Shown here: one piece after another, positions 12,432-26,091 of the stretch
How the letters are laid out: each line of letters begins with the position of its first letter
Numbering within the stretch: position 1 is the stretch's first letter
Assembly: GCA_964016885.1 (NCBI GenBank)
Contig: OZ024765.1
Span: 1,860,001 to 1,924,000, forward strand
Reading direction: 5' to 3'
Source: Eledone cirrhosa
Taxonomy: Eukaryota
Length of the DNA stretch: 64,000 nt
Program-made: the position numbers and the translations under genes
Notes under the pieces: generated by a model
What the model saw: the letters and a program-made list of their open reading frames with translations, nothing else
The model's database searches: none
What the model was told of the DNA's origin: nothing

Positions 12432-13030
12432 TTATTAAGTTGCTGTTGGAACATAACTTAACAAAGGCATTTACATAAAATTATGGTGGAAAGTTTTTAG
12501 ATAAATATAAACACTTTAACTCTTTCACTACCAGATTTCTAATGAAAGACACTGTCTTATTAACCTGGTGTTTGGAACATAACTTAACAAAGGTATTTAC
12601 ATAAAATTACAATGGAAGGATTTTAGATAAATATAAACACTTTAACTCTTTCATTATCAGATTTCTAATGAAAGACATTGTCTTATTAACCTGGTGTTTG
12701 GAACATAACTTAACAAAGGTATTTACATAAAATTACAATGGAAGGATTTTAGATAAATATAAACACTTTAACTCTTTCATTATCAGATTTCTAATGAAAG
12801 ACACTGTCTTATTAACCTGGTATTTGGAACAAAACTTAACAAAGGTTCTTACATAAAATTATGATGGAAGGTTTTAGATAAATATAAACACTTTAACCTT
12901 CTCATTACCATATTTCTAATACAAAACAAAGCATTATTAAGCTGGTGGTTGGAATATAACTTAAGAAAGGTTGTTTTTTTTTACATAAAATATATGATGG
13001 AAGGTTTTTAGATAAATATAAACACTTTAA
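12432..13030 (+). repeat. Tandem repeat family of about 126 bp; other copies at 35998-36250 (same orientation) and 6428-6640, 44033-44440, 45410-45740 (inverted)
   Basis: Unit ttaacctggtgtttggaacataacttaacaaagg... includes ttaa(c/t)ctttcattacc, resembling a piggyBac-type end. Confidence 0.85.
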
Positions 13031-13712
13031 AATCACCAGTTTTATGAATTGTGAAAATATGTTAGCTTTAAATATGCTACAACACAGGATTTTGTTGACC
13101 ATGGAAAATAGTTGAATTTGTTGGGCATATATGACCCCTTGAGCGGGGGAAAAAGGGAACAGTATCACCTGTAGGTTTTGAAGGGAGCAGTTTCAGATAG
13201 TTTAGTCTTGGTTTCAGAGTAAGGAGTATAATGGGAGAGAGTGTGTGTGTGTTTGTATGCAGGAGGTTAAGTAAATATATACATATATACATATACACAC
13301 CTATGAAAACACACTCACACACACATATACATGAGAACATACACACACATATATATTAATTATTAATACAGATTAAAATTTTAAGCAAATATGTACATGT
13401 GTATATGTGTATGTGTATATGTGTATGTATGTATATGCGCGGGGACATAGAAATAGTCGGGCTGGACACCCGATCGCACGGTTAAACCACTGGGAGTGGA
13501 ATCCATTATATTACAGACGGCAGAGTGATTAAGGAGTTTGTTATGAAATCATGGAGTCCCTGGTCAATTCCAAGGAGTGCTGTTAGTACCCTTGTACTGG
13601 TGGATCGGCAGGATCGGTAGAGGGTCGGACACCGAGCTTTGACGCATAGAGTTACGGCCCTTGCCATTCTGAGTTCAAATCCCGCCGAGGTTAATTTGCC
13701 TTTCATCCTAAG

Positions 13713-14755
13713 GTGGTGGTTGTAGTGGTGGTTGTAGTGGTGGTAGTGGTTGTAGTGGTGGTGGTTGTAATAGTGGTGGTGGTTGTAGTGGTGGTGGTTG
13801 TAGTGGTGGTGGTGGTGGTGGTAGTGGTTGTAGTGGTGGTTGTAGTGGTGGTGGTTGTGGTGGTGGTGGTTGTAATAGTGGTGGTGGTTGTAGTGGTGGT
13901 GGTTGTAATAGTGGTGGTGGTTGTAGTGGTGGTGGTTGTGGTGGTGGTGGTTGTAGTGGTGGTGGTTGTGGTGGTGGTGGTTGTAGTGGTGGTTGTAATA
14001 GTGGTGGTGGTTGTAGTGGTGGTAGTTGTAGTGGTGGTTGTAGTGGTGGTGGTTGTGGTGGTGGTGGTTGTAGTGGTGGTTGTAATAGTGGTGGTGGTTG
14101 TAGTGGTGGTAGTTGTAGTGGTGGTTGTAGTGGTGGTGGTTGTGGTGGTGGTGGTTGTAGTGGTGGTTGTAGTGGTGGTGGTTGTGGTGGTGGTGGTTGT
14201 AGTGGTGGTGGTTGTAATAGTGGTGGTGGTTGTAGTGGTGGTGGTTGTAGTGGTGGTGGTGGTGGCAGTGGTGGTAGTTGTAGGTGTAGGTGTTGGTGTT
14301 GGTACTGTAGTTGTTGGTACTCCTTCCGTCTCTATTCAGGGGTAATCATCTGAAATAGAGAGTAAACATACATATAAGGATAGGTTGGTGGTGGTGGTGG
14401 TGGTGGTGGTGGTGGTGTGGTGGTGATGATGGTGGTGGTGTGGTGGTGGTGGTGGTGGTGTGATTGTGGTGGTGATGGTGATGGTGGTGGTGGTGTGGTG
14501 GTGTGGTGGTGTGGTGGTGATGGTGGTGTGGTGGTGATGGTGGTGGTGGTGTGGTGGTGTGGTGGTGTGGTGGTGTGGTGATGACGATTATGGTGATGAT
14601 GGTGGTGTGGTGATGATGGTGATGATGGTGATGGTGATGGTGATGATGGTGATGATGGTGATGGTGATGGTGGTGATGATGGTGATGGTGATGATGATGG
14701 TGGTGATAATAATGATGATGATGGTGGTGATGATGAAGATGATGTAGATGATGAT
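13713..14755. repeat. (GTG/GTT/GTA)n and (GAT/GGT)n trinucleotide tracts flanking the last GPCR exons
   Basis: Direct inspection. Confidence 0.95.
14332..14349 (-). CDS. Probable terminal coding exon of the GPCR (MITPE*)
   Basis: Good acceptor (tttactctctatttcag), in frame 0 to a TAG. Alternative ends exist (see findings). Confidence 0.5.
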   Translation of the reverse strand: MITPE

Positions 14756-14765
14756 GTATACTCAC

Positions 14766-14978
14766 CATAACAGTCTCCTCCAGTTGTGCCACCTCATTGA
14801 CCGGCTTACTCGGCGGTGTGGTGGTGGTGGTCACCATGTCAGTGTCCAGTGTCTTACTACAGTTGCCGGCCAGCACAGGGTCAGAACTCATAGTTATAAA
14901 GGTAGATATCCTCTTGGTACTGTAACCTCCTATCACCTCTTGACGTTGTTTATACCAGCGACGTATTAGGGAAATCAC
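14766..14978 (-). CDS. Class B1 GPCR helix 8/C-tail exon (VISLIRRWYKQRQEV...QLEETVM)
   Basis: Acceptor gaccag, then VISLIRRW (helix 8) and a Ser/Thr-rich tail. Probable donor ATG|gtgagt at 14765. Confidence 0.85.
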
Positions 14979-15023
14979 CTGGTCACAGTGGTGATGATGG
15001 TGGTGATGGTGGTGGTGGTGGTG

Positions 15024-15055
<32 letters not shown>

Positions 15056-15240
15056 TGAAAGGTGTGCTAGTGTACATCTATACATTTATACACACATATA
15101 TATAAATAAATATATATATTTGTGTATATATATGTGTGTATATATATATGTGTATATATATATATATATATGTGTATATATATATATGTGTGTGTATATA
15201 TATATATGTATATATATATATGTGTATATATAAATATATA

Positions 15241-15470
<230 letters not shown>

Positions 15471-15564
15471 TATATATATATGTATATATATATATATGTG
15501 TGTGTGTGGTTTAGAAGTTAGAATATTAAATTCATATATAAATATATATATATCATATATTTAC

Positions 15565-15606
15565 CTCTCCATTCCAAAAGCAATACATAATGGCAGCAAA
15601 AGAACC
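15565..15606 (-). CDS. Class B1 GPCR TM7 exon ([14 protein letters not shown])
   Basis: 42 nt, tttcag/gtaaat. Completes QGxxxxxxYCFxNGEV, the short TM7 exon typical of this family. Confidence 0.95.
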
Positions 15607-15693
15607 CTGAAATATAGAGAGACAGAGGTTAGTACTGGTGGATATATAATATATATATATATATGCATATATATATATATATGCATATATACA

Positions 15694-16040
15694 TGGAGGC
15701 ACATGGCTTAGTGGTTAGAGCATTGGCCTTGCAATCAAAAGGTTGTGAGTTCAATTCTCAGACCGGGTGATGTGTTGTTTCCTTGAGCAAGACACTTTAT
15801 TTCACATTGCTCCAGTTTACTCATCTGTAGAAATGAGATGATAGGGACTGGGGTCCCTATCACTCCATGTAAAGTGGTCGTGAAGGTGCTACGGCAAAAA
15901 AGCACCCAGCCCACACAGTAAATGAGGTTGGTGTTAGGAAGGGCATCCAGCTGTAGAAATCAAGCCAGAATCAGTTCCCGTCCCACCCTTGCAAGCAGGG
16001 AAAAGCAGACGTAAAATGAAATGATGAAATGATGATGATG
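15694..16040 (+). mobile_element. Full-length tRNA-derived SINE (family A: tRNA head, CORE-like domain, RTE-type tail)
   Basis: A box tggcttagtgg, B box gagttcaattc, ccttgagcaagacactt, tail cttgcaagcagggaaaagcagacgtaaaatg(atg)n. Confidence 0.9.
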
Positions 16041-16441
16041 TATATATATATATATGTATATATATATATCATCATCATCATCATCATCTTTTAACATCTA
16101 TCTTCCACGCTAGCATGGGTTTAGATGGGAATTGTCCCACTTGAGGCAAGATTGGTCGTCTCACTCGTATAGGACTGTCTGGCAGGTTTTCTACGGCTGG
16201 ATGCCCTTCCTAACACCAACCACGTTTACAGTGTGGACTGGGAGGTTTTTACCGTGTTACCTACACGGCCACATTACAGCGTAGACTATGTTTCTTATAT
16301 ATATATATAGTAAGGGGTTAGGATTAGGGTTGTTACCTACACAGTCGCATTACAGCGTGGACTGTGTGTCTTATATATATATAGTAAGGGGTTAAAAAAA
16401 CGAAATAACCCCCCAAAAATACAGGTGTGTATCATTCTTAC

Positions 16442-16577
16442 CTGAATACTAATGATGAACAAGGTAATGATGTGATAGGTCTTGTGAAACGAAGAGTCCT
16501 CATCAGGTTCAAACCCCATCACCAAATGTTGCAAACCCAACAATGGAATAAGGATCATTGTGGCACGAAATGTCATC
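16442..16577 (-). CDS. Class B1 GPCR TM6/ECL3/TM7 exon (R-MTFRATMILIPLLGLQHLVMGFEPDEDSSFHKTYHIITLFIISIQ)
   Basis: 136 nt, ccag/gtaaga. Contains the RATxILxPLLG TM6 motif. Confidence 0.95.
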
Positions 16578-17334
16578 CTGGAGCCCCATGGAAATATAGA
16601 AGAGAAATAAATATGGTATAATGATAATAATAATAATAATAATAATGATAATAATGATAATAATAATTGTTTCTACTTTTGGCACAAGGCCAGCAATTGC
16701 CCAGTGTATTACTGGTACTTTATTTTATCGACCCCGTAAGGATGAAAGGCAAAGTTAACCTCGGCGGGATTTGAACTCAGAATGGCAAGGGCCGTAACTC
16801 TATGTGTCAAAGCATGGCGTCCGACCCTCTACCGATACTGCCAATCCACAATAATGAATACAGCAATACAATGGGAGGAAACATAATAACATCACTGATG
16901 ATATCACAGTTGTGTGACGAAAGAACTTAGAGAAACTATATTTATATCTATATTTTTAACTGTTGGTCAATCAATGATAAACATTGATTGCCAGCTGAAT
17001 TAATTATAGAAATATAAAATAATTGTTTCTACTTTTGGCACAAAGCCAGCAATTACCCAGTACATTACTGGTACTTTTATTTTATCGACCCCGTAAGGAT
17101 GAAAGGCAAAGTTAAGCTTGGAGGGATTTGAACTCCGAGGTTAACTTTGCCTTTCATCCTTTATATAGAAATATAAAATAATGAATAATAATAATGAAAA
17201 TTATTGTGTACAGTGCTCAGGTGCACTACAACTCATCAAAGGTGTATGTATAGTAGATAGAATAATGTCCAAATGTCAGGAAAGTGAACAGTGGAGGAGT
17301 CATGATATACGCACATATACACAAACAATATATG

Positions 17335-17365
<31 letters not shown>

Positions 17366-17467
17366 CAATAAAAATCTGAGGCCATATTGATTGTGTACAA
17401 ACCATTGTAAGAATATATACTGCACCCTAGCATTGCCACAATCTAATGACTGAAACGAGAAAAAGTC

Positions 17468-17501
<34 letters not shown>

Positions 17502-17981
17502 ATCCCGATGTGGTTGACAGACAAGAGAAAAAAGTACTCAATACTGATGTAGAGTTTAAATAATAATTTAGTATGGCTATATATATATGTGTGTCTAATG
17601 CCCCAGCCTGGCCACACCAGCATCAACAGTTTTCCAAGAGATGGTAACATGAACAGACCTGTTATTTTTCTCTATAAACATTTTCCAACCCGCCCGTCCC
17701 TTCAATCTATCTTATTTCTCATTCTTTCTTCTGATGAACCGAAATGTTAAGACCCTCTTCCAGCTATATCAAGCGTTAACCTAATATATTCCTTCCATAT
17801 ACTGTACCGATTGTGTTGTTATTTCTGTTTACCTTTCACTTGCAAGCAGGGAAAAGCGGACGTAAAATGATGATGATGATGATATATATATATGTATGTT
17901 TATCTGGAGTTTAATCGGGGGGTAACCAGAGTAAGTAAGGTACTCAATACATAGCAGAGTATATATATTTAATATAGAAAT

Positions 17982-18033
17982 GGCTTCTACAGGACTAGAA
18001 CTGTTTCATTTGGGAGAAATCATCAGGAAAGCC
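17982..18033 (-). ncRNA. Type I hammerhead-like motif inside a fold-back element
   Basis: GGCUUUC-CUGAUGA-UUUCUCCCAAAU-GAAA-CAG-UUCUAGUC-CUG-UA-GAAGCC. A degenerate mirror copy lies on + at 18039-18079. Confidence 0.6.
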
Positions 18034-18105
18034 CTTTGCTGATGATTTCTCCCGAAACAGTTCTAGTCCTGTAGAAGCCATTTCTATATTAAATATATAT
18101 ATACA

Positions 18106-18206
<101 letters not shown>

Positions 18207-18719
18207 TTTTACTGGTGCCCTAGTATGGTCACAGTATAATGTAATGACTGAAACCAATAAAAGAATATTTAAAAAAAACATCAATTAAGCCTTCATAGTT
18301 ATTCTTTTTATTTTTCTTAATTTTTTGCAGGGAATTCTGTACGATATTGCAATGATATCAACTAATGTTTTTATATCTAATTACTTTGCATGTGTACAAA
18401 CATTATTAATGGTGTTTGAAAGAAAATACCAGAAGCTGAGTTTGAAGACGATGTTATTTATTGTGGAATTCTACTATTTTTTTCTCTCTCTGTTTACACA
18501 CTCTATCTTCAGATGATGTTGACTAAATATTGCTATCTTTTCTCTCCAAAAAAATAAAAAACTACTTAAGAAGTACTCAATTTTTGTTTTTAAAAATTTT
18601 TTTGAAAGTTTGTTTATATTTTTTTGTAGTTTTAAAAATAACTTTTTTTTTTTTTTAACATTTCACTCTTTTGTCATCTTATAACTTTATATATATATAT
18701 GTATATATATGTATATATA

Positions 18720-18757
<38 letters not shown>

Positions 18758-18948
18758 CTCTCACACACATATATACATATATATAGCTAAACACAAATAT
18801 GCACTCTCACACACATATATATACATATATATACATAGATATATATAGATATATATATACACATATATACACTCTCACACACACACACATATATACATGC
18901 TCTCACACACACACATATATATATATATATATACATATATATGGTATA

Positions 18949-18985
<37 letters not shown>

Positions 18986-19317
18986 TAAAATAACAGATTA
19001 AAGTGTAAGCAAAGAATCGCTGCTTTAACCCTTAATAGGTGATATATATATATATATATATACATACATATATCATATATATGTATATATATGTGTGTGA
19101 GCGTGTATATATGTGTGAGAGTGTATATATGTGTGTATATATATATATGTGCATATATATGTATATATATATATATATATATCATCATCATCATCATCAT
19201 TTTACGTCCGCTTTTCCCTGCTTGCAAGGGTACACATATATGTGTGTATATATATGGAAAGTGAATGTTAAACGATGATGATGATATATATATATATATG
19301 TGATGATGATGATATAT

Positions 19318-19660
19318 CATCATCATCATCATTTCATTTTACGTCCACTTTTCCCTGCTTGCAAGGGTGGGACGGGAACTGATTCTGGCTTGATTTCTAC
19401 AGCTGGATGCCCTTCCTAACACCAACCTCATTTACAGTGAGTGCTGGGTGCTTTTTTGCCGTGGCACCTCCACGACCACTTTGCAGTGGAATGATAGGGA
19501 CTCCAGTCCCTATCATCTCATTTCTACAGCTGAGTAAACTGGAGCAATGTGAAATAAAGTGTCTTGCTCAAGGAAACAACACATCACCCGGTCCGAGAAT
19601 TGAACTCACAACCTTTCGATTGCAAGGCCAATGCTCTAACCACTAAGCCATGTGCCTCCA
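19318..19660 (-). mobile_element. SINE family A copy
   Basis: Reverse complement of 15694-16040. Confidence 0.9.
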
Positions 19661-19884
19661 TTGGATATATATATATATATATATAGATGATGATGATGAT
19701 ATATATATCTATACATAAATGATGATGCAGATTGAATATTTATTAAAAAACGTTTTAAATTACTAGGAACTCTATGGTGCCCACGCATACATATGCACAT
19801 ACATATATAGACATATATTTATATATATATATATATCCACATACACATGTACACACATTACACACATATATCCACATACACATA

Positions 19885-19956
<72 letters not shown>

Positions 19957-20288
19957 TACACATACACCGACACAAGCATACACATACAGACATATCCGAT
20001 GTGGCTGAAGTAGTAGTTGATAGCTGTTCACTCAGTTTATGTTACAAAACATATCATAGGTGGTATAATGACAGGGTGGCAGGGTTTCAGGAAACTGCAC
20101 TCTGTTACGACAACAAAAGGCTTCTCCGTGTGTACAAAAGGATGACTGCTGAGAAGTGTCAGGAAATTGGCAGTAAAAGGAAGGCACGGCTGGGTTATTG
20201 CAAGAAAGACTACCATGCTGAGAAAGACCAGTCCAGCCCATGCAGGCGTGGAAAAGTGGAAAAGTGGATGTAAAAATGATGATGATGA

Positions 20289-20335
<47 letters not shown>

Positions 20336-20790
20336 TTTGCAGCACTCACTGTAAATGAGGTTGGTGTTAGGAAGGGCATCCAGCTGTAGAAATCAAGCCA
20401 GATCAGTTCCTGTATGAGCAAGGCATGGTCAGCCGACCAGACACTGCACACAACAGGACAACCCGTCTAACCCATGCTAGCGTGGAAGAACGAACGTAAA
20501 ACGGTGATGATGATGATGATATATATATATAATAATTGTTTCTACTTTAGGCACAAGGCCAGCAATTACCCAGTGCATTACTGGTACTTTATTTTATATA
20601 TATATAATAATGAAATGACAGGAGGCTGGATTTGTGTAAATCCTTGAAAGGTTTATTATACTATGATCATTTCAATGACCGGGTTCCGTATGAATCCGGT
20701 GATATCACGTTGAGTACTCTCTATATTATTGCATTACGATTGACCATACGGAATAGACCAGCTCTATACAGTGGTGAACCTCAAACCTGA

Positions 20791-20825
<35 letters not shown>

Positions 20826-20868
20826 CATCCACCCTTGCAAGCAGGGAAAATGCGGACGTAAAATGAAA

Positions 20869-20922
<54 letters not shown>

Positions 20923-21009
20923 TGCAAAGTGAAACCTACAGTCAATAGCACCTCTTACCAAAATACACCCCCGTCCCACTACCCCCACCCCATCCACACC
21001 ACCCCCTTT

Positions 21010-21310
21010 TCGATGTAAAGTTATGTTGGTACCACAACATCCAGTCCGAAACAAATGAGGTCGTGTAGGTGTGACGACAAAAAAACACAGTCGACGCTGT
21101 AATGCGGCCGTGTAGGTAACACGGTAAAAACCTCCCAGTTCCACACTGTAAACGTGGTTGGTGTTAGGAAGGGCATCCAGCCGTAGAAAACCCACCAGAC
21201 AGTCCTATACGAGCGAGACACGGTCACCCGACCAGCCTTGCCTCAAGTGGGACAACTCCCGTCTAACCCATGCTAGCGTGGAAAATGGACGTTAAACGAA
21301 GATGATGATA
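21010..21310 (+). mobile_element. Retroelement 3' region with aggaagggcatcc core and (gat)n tail; copies at about 16070-16290(-), 47228-47435(-), 56080-56390(+), 61316-61600(-)
   Basis: Shared sequence ...cccgtctaacccatgctagcgtggaa...gacgttaaacga(tga)n. Confidence 0.8.
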
Positions 21311-21338
21311 TAAATATCTATTTATAAATATATATATT

Positions 21339-21435
21339 CAGTGTATCCCACCAAAAATGTATACACACTTTGATTACCTGTACAGGCAATAATTAGAATG
21401 CTGTTCAAGTGTGTATACATTTTTGGGACACCCTG
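21339..21435. mobile_element. Tc1/mariner-like MITE of about 97 bp; second copy at about 30785-30882
   Basis: Terminal inverted repeats CAGGGTGTCCCAAAAATGTATACACACTT with TA flanks. Confidence 0.75.
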
Positions 21436-21578
21436 TATATACATACATACATACATACATATTCTCTTGAATGAAACAGTTCTAGGCCTGTAGAAGCCAT
21501 TTCTATATTAAATATTTATACTCTGCTTTGTATTGAGTACCTTACTTACTGTTGTTACCTCCAATTGAACCCGGAATA

Positions 21579-21613
<35 letters not shown>

Positions 21614-22194
21614 GGGTTAAAGTAAAGTAGGATACATGGGTTAATAGGGTTAAAGTAAAGTAGGATACTTGGGTTAGCAGGGTTAAATATTAGAGAAGGT
21701 TAATATTTTGTGTAAGTTTTAAGCAGAGCTGGAATAAGCTTATATATAGATGTATGTATATATATATATATGTATATATGTATATATGTATATATAAAGC
21801 AAGATATCTGTAGATAGAAAAAGGGAATAATAAAAAATAGAGTGTTCAATCTTGCGAAAGAGAGCTAATTTAATATTTATTTATGATCATACATGCAACA
21901 AGTGATGCACTACCTTAGGTTTCAATTTATAGCCAGGGTCACTCCAACAGACGGTACATAAAGATGTAGCATACACCCAGGAACAATCAGAAAACAGAGC
22001 ACTTTCTTCATGTTCTAACATGAGTTGAAAAATACCTTGAGAATAACACTGACAGATGGATTTTTCTCAAATTTATTTACTAAGGGAGGTAATTCGTGAT
22101 GAGAATGTGAAATGTGTGTGCTTGTGTGTTTGGTATTGTGTGTTGTGGGTAGAAATGTATAATTAGGTATACATATGTATTTACACACATATAT

Positions 22195-22260
<66 letters not shown>

Positions 22261-22271
22261 TACATATACAT

Positions 22272-22314
<43 letters not shown>

Positions 22315-22325
22315 TACATATACAT

Positions 22326-22364
<39 letters not shown>

Positions 22365-23285
22365 CATACATGTACGTATATGTATATATGAACACACATA
22401 CATATATGGCCACATATATATATATATACACACATCCATAAATATATGAACATATATATATATACACATATATAAATATATGAACATATATATATATGAA
22501 CATACATACATATATATATATATGTGTATATATATATATATGTATATATATGTATTTTTATATATACATATATATATGTATATATATTTATATATATATA
22601 CATATATATATATCATCATCATCTTCATTAAACGTCCATCTTCCATGCTAGCATGGCTTAGATGGGCCATACATGCATATACATAAATACATATATATAT
22701 ATACATACACACATATATATATATATACATATACATACTTACATATACATACATACATACACACACATTTATACACATACACACACATATACACACATAT
22801 ACACACATACACATATATAAGTATAATAAACAATTCTGTGTAAACATGCGACAGATTTATTCTGAAGCCATTTTGTGAACCTGTCAATTTTCCTAATTAC
22901 ATTCTTGTTTGCTATATAATTTTCTTTGCTACCCGAATGTATATAATTTAGTTCTTTGTGTGTGTAAAAGTGGATGGGAGGGGGGTCATATATACATACA
23001 CACACACATGTATATATATTTTTGATTCTTTATACATGCCCCGGAGTATAGCTAAACTGGAATATACACCTATTTTCTGCATTTCGTTGAGCACCACTCT
23101 GTTGTAAGCTGACCTTCCCCCTACACGGTACATAACACTGTGTCCTGGAAAACCTTAATGCACTCGTGCATAACCAATTATATATATATATATATATACA
23201 TTTAGAGACACAGATGCAAAGATAGAGAGATACAAAAATACAAAGATAGATATATAGGTATGTATATACGTATATATATATATAT

Positions 23286-23331
<46 letters not shown>

Positions 23332-23425
23332 TTAGAGACACAGATGCAAAGATAGAGAGATACAAAGTGGGACAGGGGTGTATTTTTGTTAGAGGTGCCT
23401 ACTGACTGTAGGTATCACTTTGTAC

Positions 23426-23832
23426 TTAGGCAAGGCGGGTCTTCTGTATTACTGTGTAGCGCCAAAGATCTCGGTCCAGTGACATTTTCTTGGAGAGGTG
23501 TAAGTGTGTGAGGTCGGAATTTATCAAGTCGTCCCAGGTTTTTCTGGGTCTGCCTACTCCGTGGCTACCGTCTATTTTTATCGCCCTGCACTTTTTTATA
23601 CAGCTGTCGTCTTTCATGCACATCACGTCACCATACCAACGTAGTCTTCTCTCGAGTAAACAACATCTGATCCCTCTTATTTCTAATTTCTCCCTTAGTT
23701 CGTTTATGCTTTGCCGTTCACGTATATTACTATTACACATCCAGCGGAGCATACATGCTTCGTTTCTCTCCAGTCTGTGCAGGTCCTCTGTACACAATGC
23801 CCAGGTCTCACTACCATGTAGCATTGCTGTTC

Positions 23833-23833
<1 letters not shown>
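23426..23833 (-). mobile_element. RTE-clade LINE ORF C-terminal fragment
   Basis: [36 protein letters not shown]. Confidence 0.9.
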
Positions 23834-23907
<74 letters not shown>

Positions 23908-23912
23908 CATAC

Positions 23913-23945
<33 letters not shown>

Positions 23946-24204
23946 CATACATATATATATACATACATATATATATACATACATATATACATACATACAT
24001 ATATATATACATACATATATACATACATATATACATACATATATATATACATACATATATACATATATTTATATACATATATACATATATTTATATACAT
24101 ATATATATACAAATATACATATATACATATATATATATAAATATACATATATATATATAAATATACATATATATATATACATATATATATACATATATAT
24201 ATAC

Positions 24205-24247
<43 letters not shown>

Positions 24248-24306
24248 TATATACATATATATATATACATATATATATATATGTATATATATACATATAT
24301 ATATAC

Positions 24307-24352
<46 letters not shown>

Positions 24353-24426
24353 GTATATATATATACATATATATACATACATATACATACATACACATAC
24401 ATATATATATATATACATACATATAC

Positions 24427-24486
<60 letters not shown>

Positions 24487-24719
24487 CATCATCAATTAAC
24501 ATCCATCTTCCCCGCTAGCATGGGTTACACAGGTCCTGTTTTAAAGCAAGTTGTGTCAGGTGATTGTGTTTCGCTCAAATAGGGGTGTTTCTGGTTGGTT
24601 TTCTACGACTCGATGCCCTTCCTAACGCCAACCACATTCACACACACACACACACACATGTATATATATATATATGTGTATATATATATATATCTAATAT
24701 ATACATTTACATATAATTA

Positions 24720-25300
24720 TTGTCCATGTGCATCACACATCCATACCAATGTAGTCTTCTCTCCTACACACCACCTGAAATTCCTCTTCAACCCAGCTAA
24801 TCCTTCAACATGTCCAAACTCTGTCTCTGTCTCACACTAACATTGCTCATCCAACAGAGCATGGTTGCTTCATTTCTCTCTGGGGCAACACATGTCCTCT
24901 ACAGTCACCACCCATGTTTCACTATCAAGCAACACCGCACTTCACCCACAAGCATCAAACAGTTGTCCTTTTGTACGTAGGGTCAACAGTTGTCCTTTTG
25001 TGGTCAACAGTTGCCCTTTTGTACGTAGGGAGAAACGTTTTGTGGTCAACAGTAGGATTAGCTGTCTGAATTTCTCCCATCCTTTCTTTATTCACAGACA
25101 GGCATCATAGACTCATCCTCTTGTACAATGAGAGAAGCCTTTTGTGGTCAACCGTAGGATTAGCACTGAATTTCTCCTATCCTTTCTTTATTCTAGCTAT
25201 TATGCTCTCAGATTACCCATCACCTCCCTCCATTGCTAATTACATTGCCTGGATAGCAGAAGCTTTCAACCACTTCTATAGATCCTTCCTGCAACTGGAA
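24720..25300 (-). mobile_element. Degenerate RTE-like LINE fragment
   Basis: Minus-strand remnants resembling RRLHWYGCDA and VLLDSETW, with internal duplications. Confidence 0.5.
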
Positions 25301-25696
25301 TCAGCTTAAATTACTGGTTAGCTTTCTAATCAACTATGTGTGTGCAGAAATTAGCTGTTAAATCATGTTTAATTCCTTACATCTGTTTCAAGAGAAGTCT
25401 ACATATAATAATTTTGTAACCTAACATTATTCAAATAATTTGACATACAACTCTCCTTAAATATATGCCAGGAATTAATTATTTAAAAGCTAATTTTTCC
25501 GCCTATATATTTGATTATACTTGCTGTGTGTTTATGTCAGTTTTTCCAACACTTTCTCCCTAAAAAAAAAAACCTTTCTTGTTAAACCAATATAATATAT
25601 AATCACATATAAACGCATTGAGCAAATTCTGAAAATAATGTGACAAATATATACGGTTATACATAATTATCTACTTACTTTAAGCTTTGTATATAT

Positions 25697-25744
<48 letters not shown>

Positions 25745-25937
25745 TCTCTATATATTTACACATATATATATATAAGATTGTTTTGTTATCTTAGCGATTT
25801 TCTTTCTTATGCATTGTTTGGTTTTCAAAATTATTTAAATTTGTGTTGCATGAATATATATATATAAAGATTCAGGACCAAGTATAGAGTACTCTGGTCG
25901 GTTATGATCCACCTGGTATTTTACCACACCATTTCTG

Positions 25938-25982
<45 letters not shown>

Positions 25983-26091
25983 GTTGGAGCAGAGCGTACA
26001 TTTGAGGACTTTAAAGTGAAACTTCATGTAGATATGACTAGCAATTTTGAATTAGAAACTTTCACTGTAAAAAAAGTATGAAGTTTGGAAT

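Noticed and set aside
15694-15770. tRNA gene-like A/B boxes
   Set aside because: They continue directly into a multicopy SINE body, so these are SINE heads rather than tRNA genes.
16896-16932. CUGAUGA-U-AUCACA/UGUGAC-GAAAG hammerhead-like core
   Set aside because: No stem I could be formed and stem III is minimal. At best a relic, so not called.
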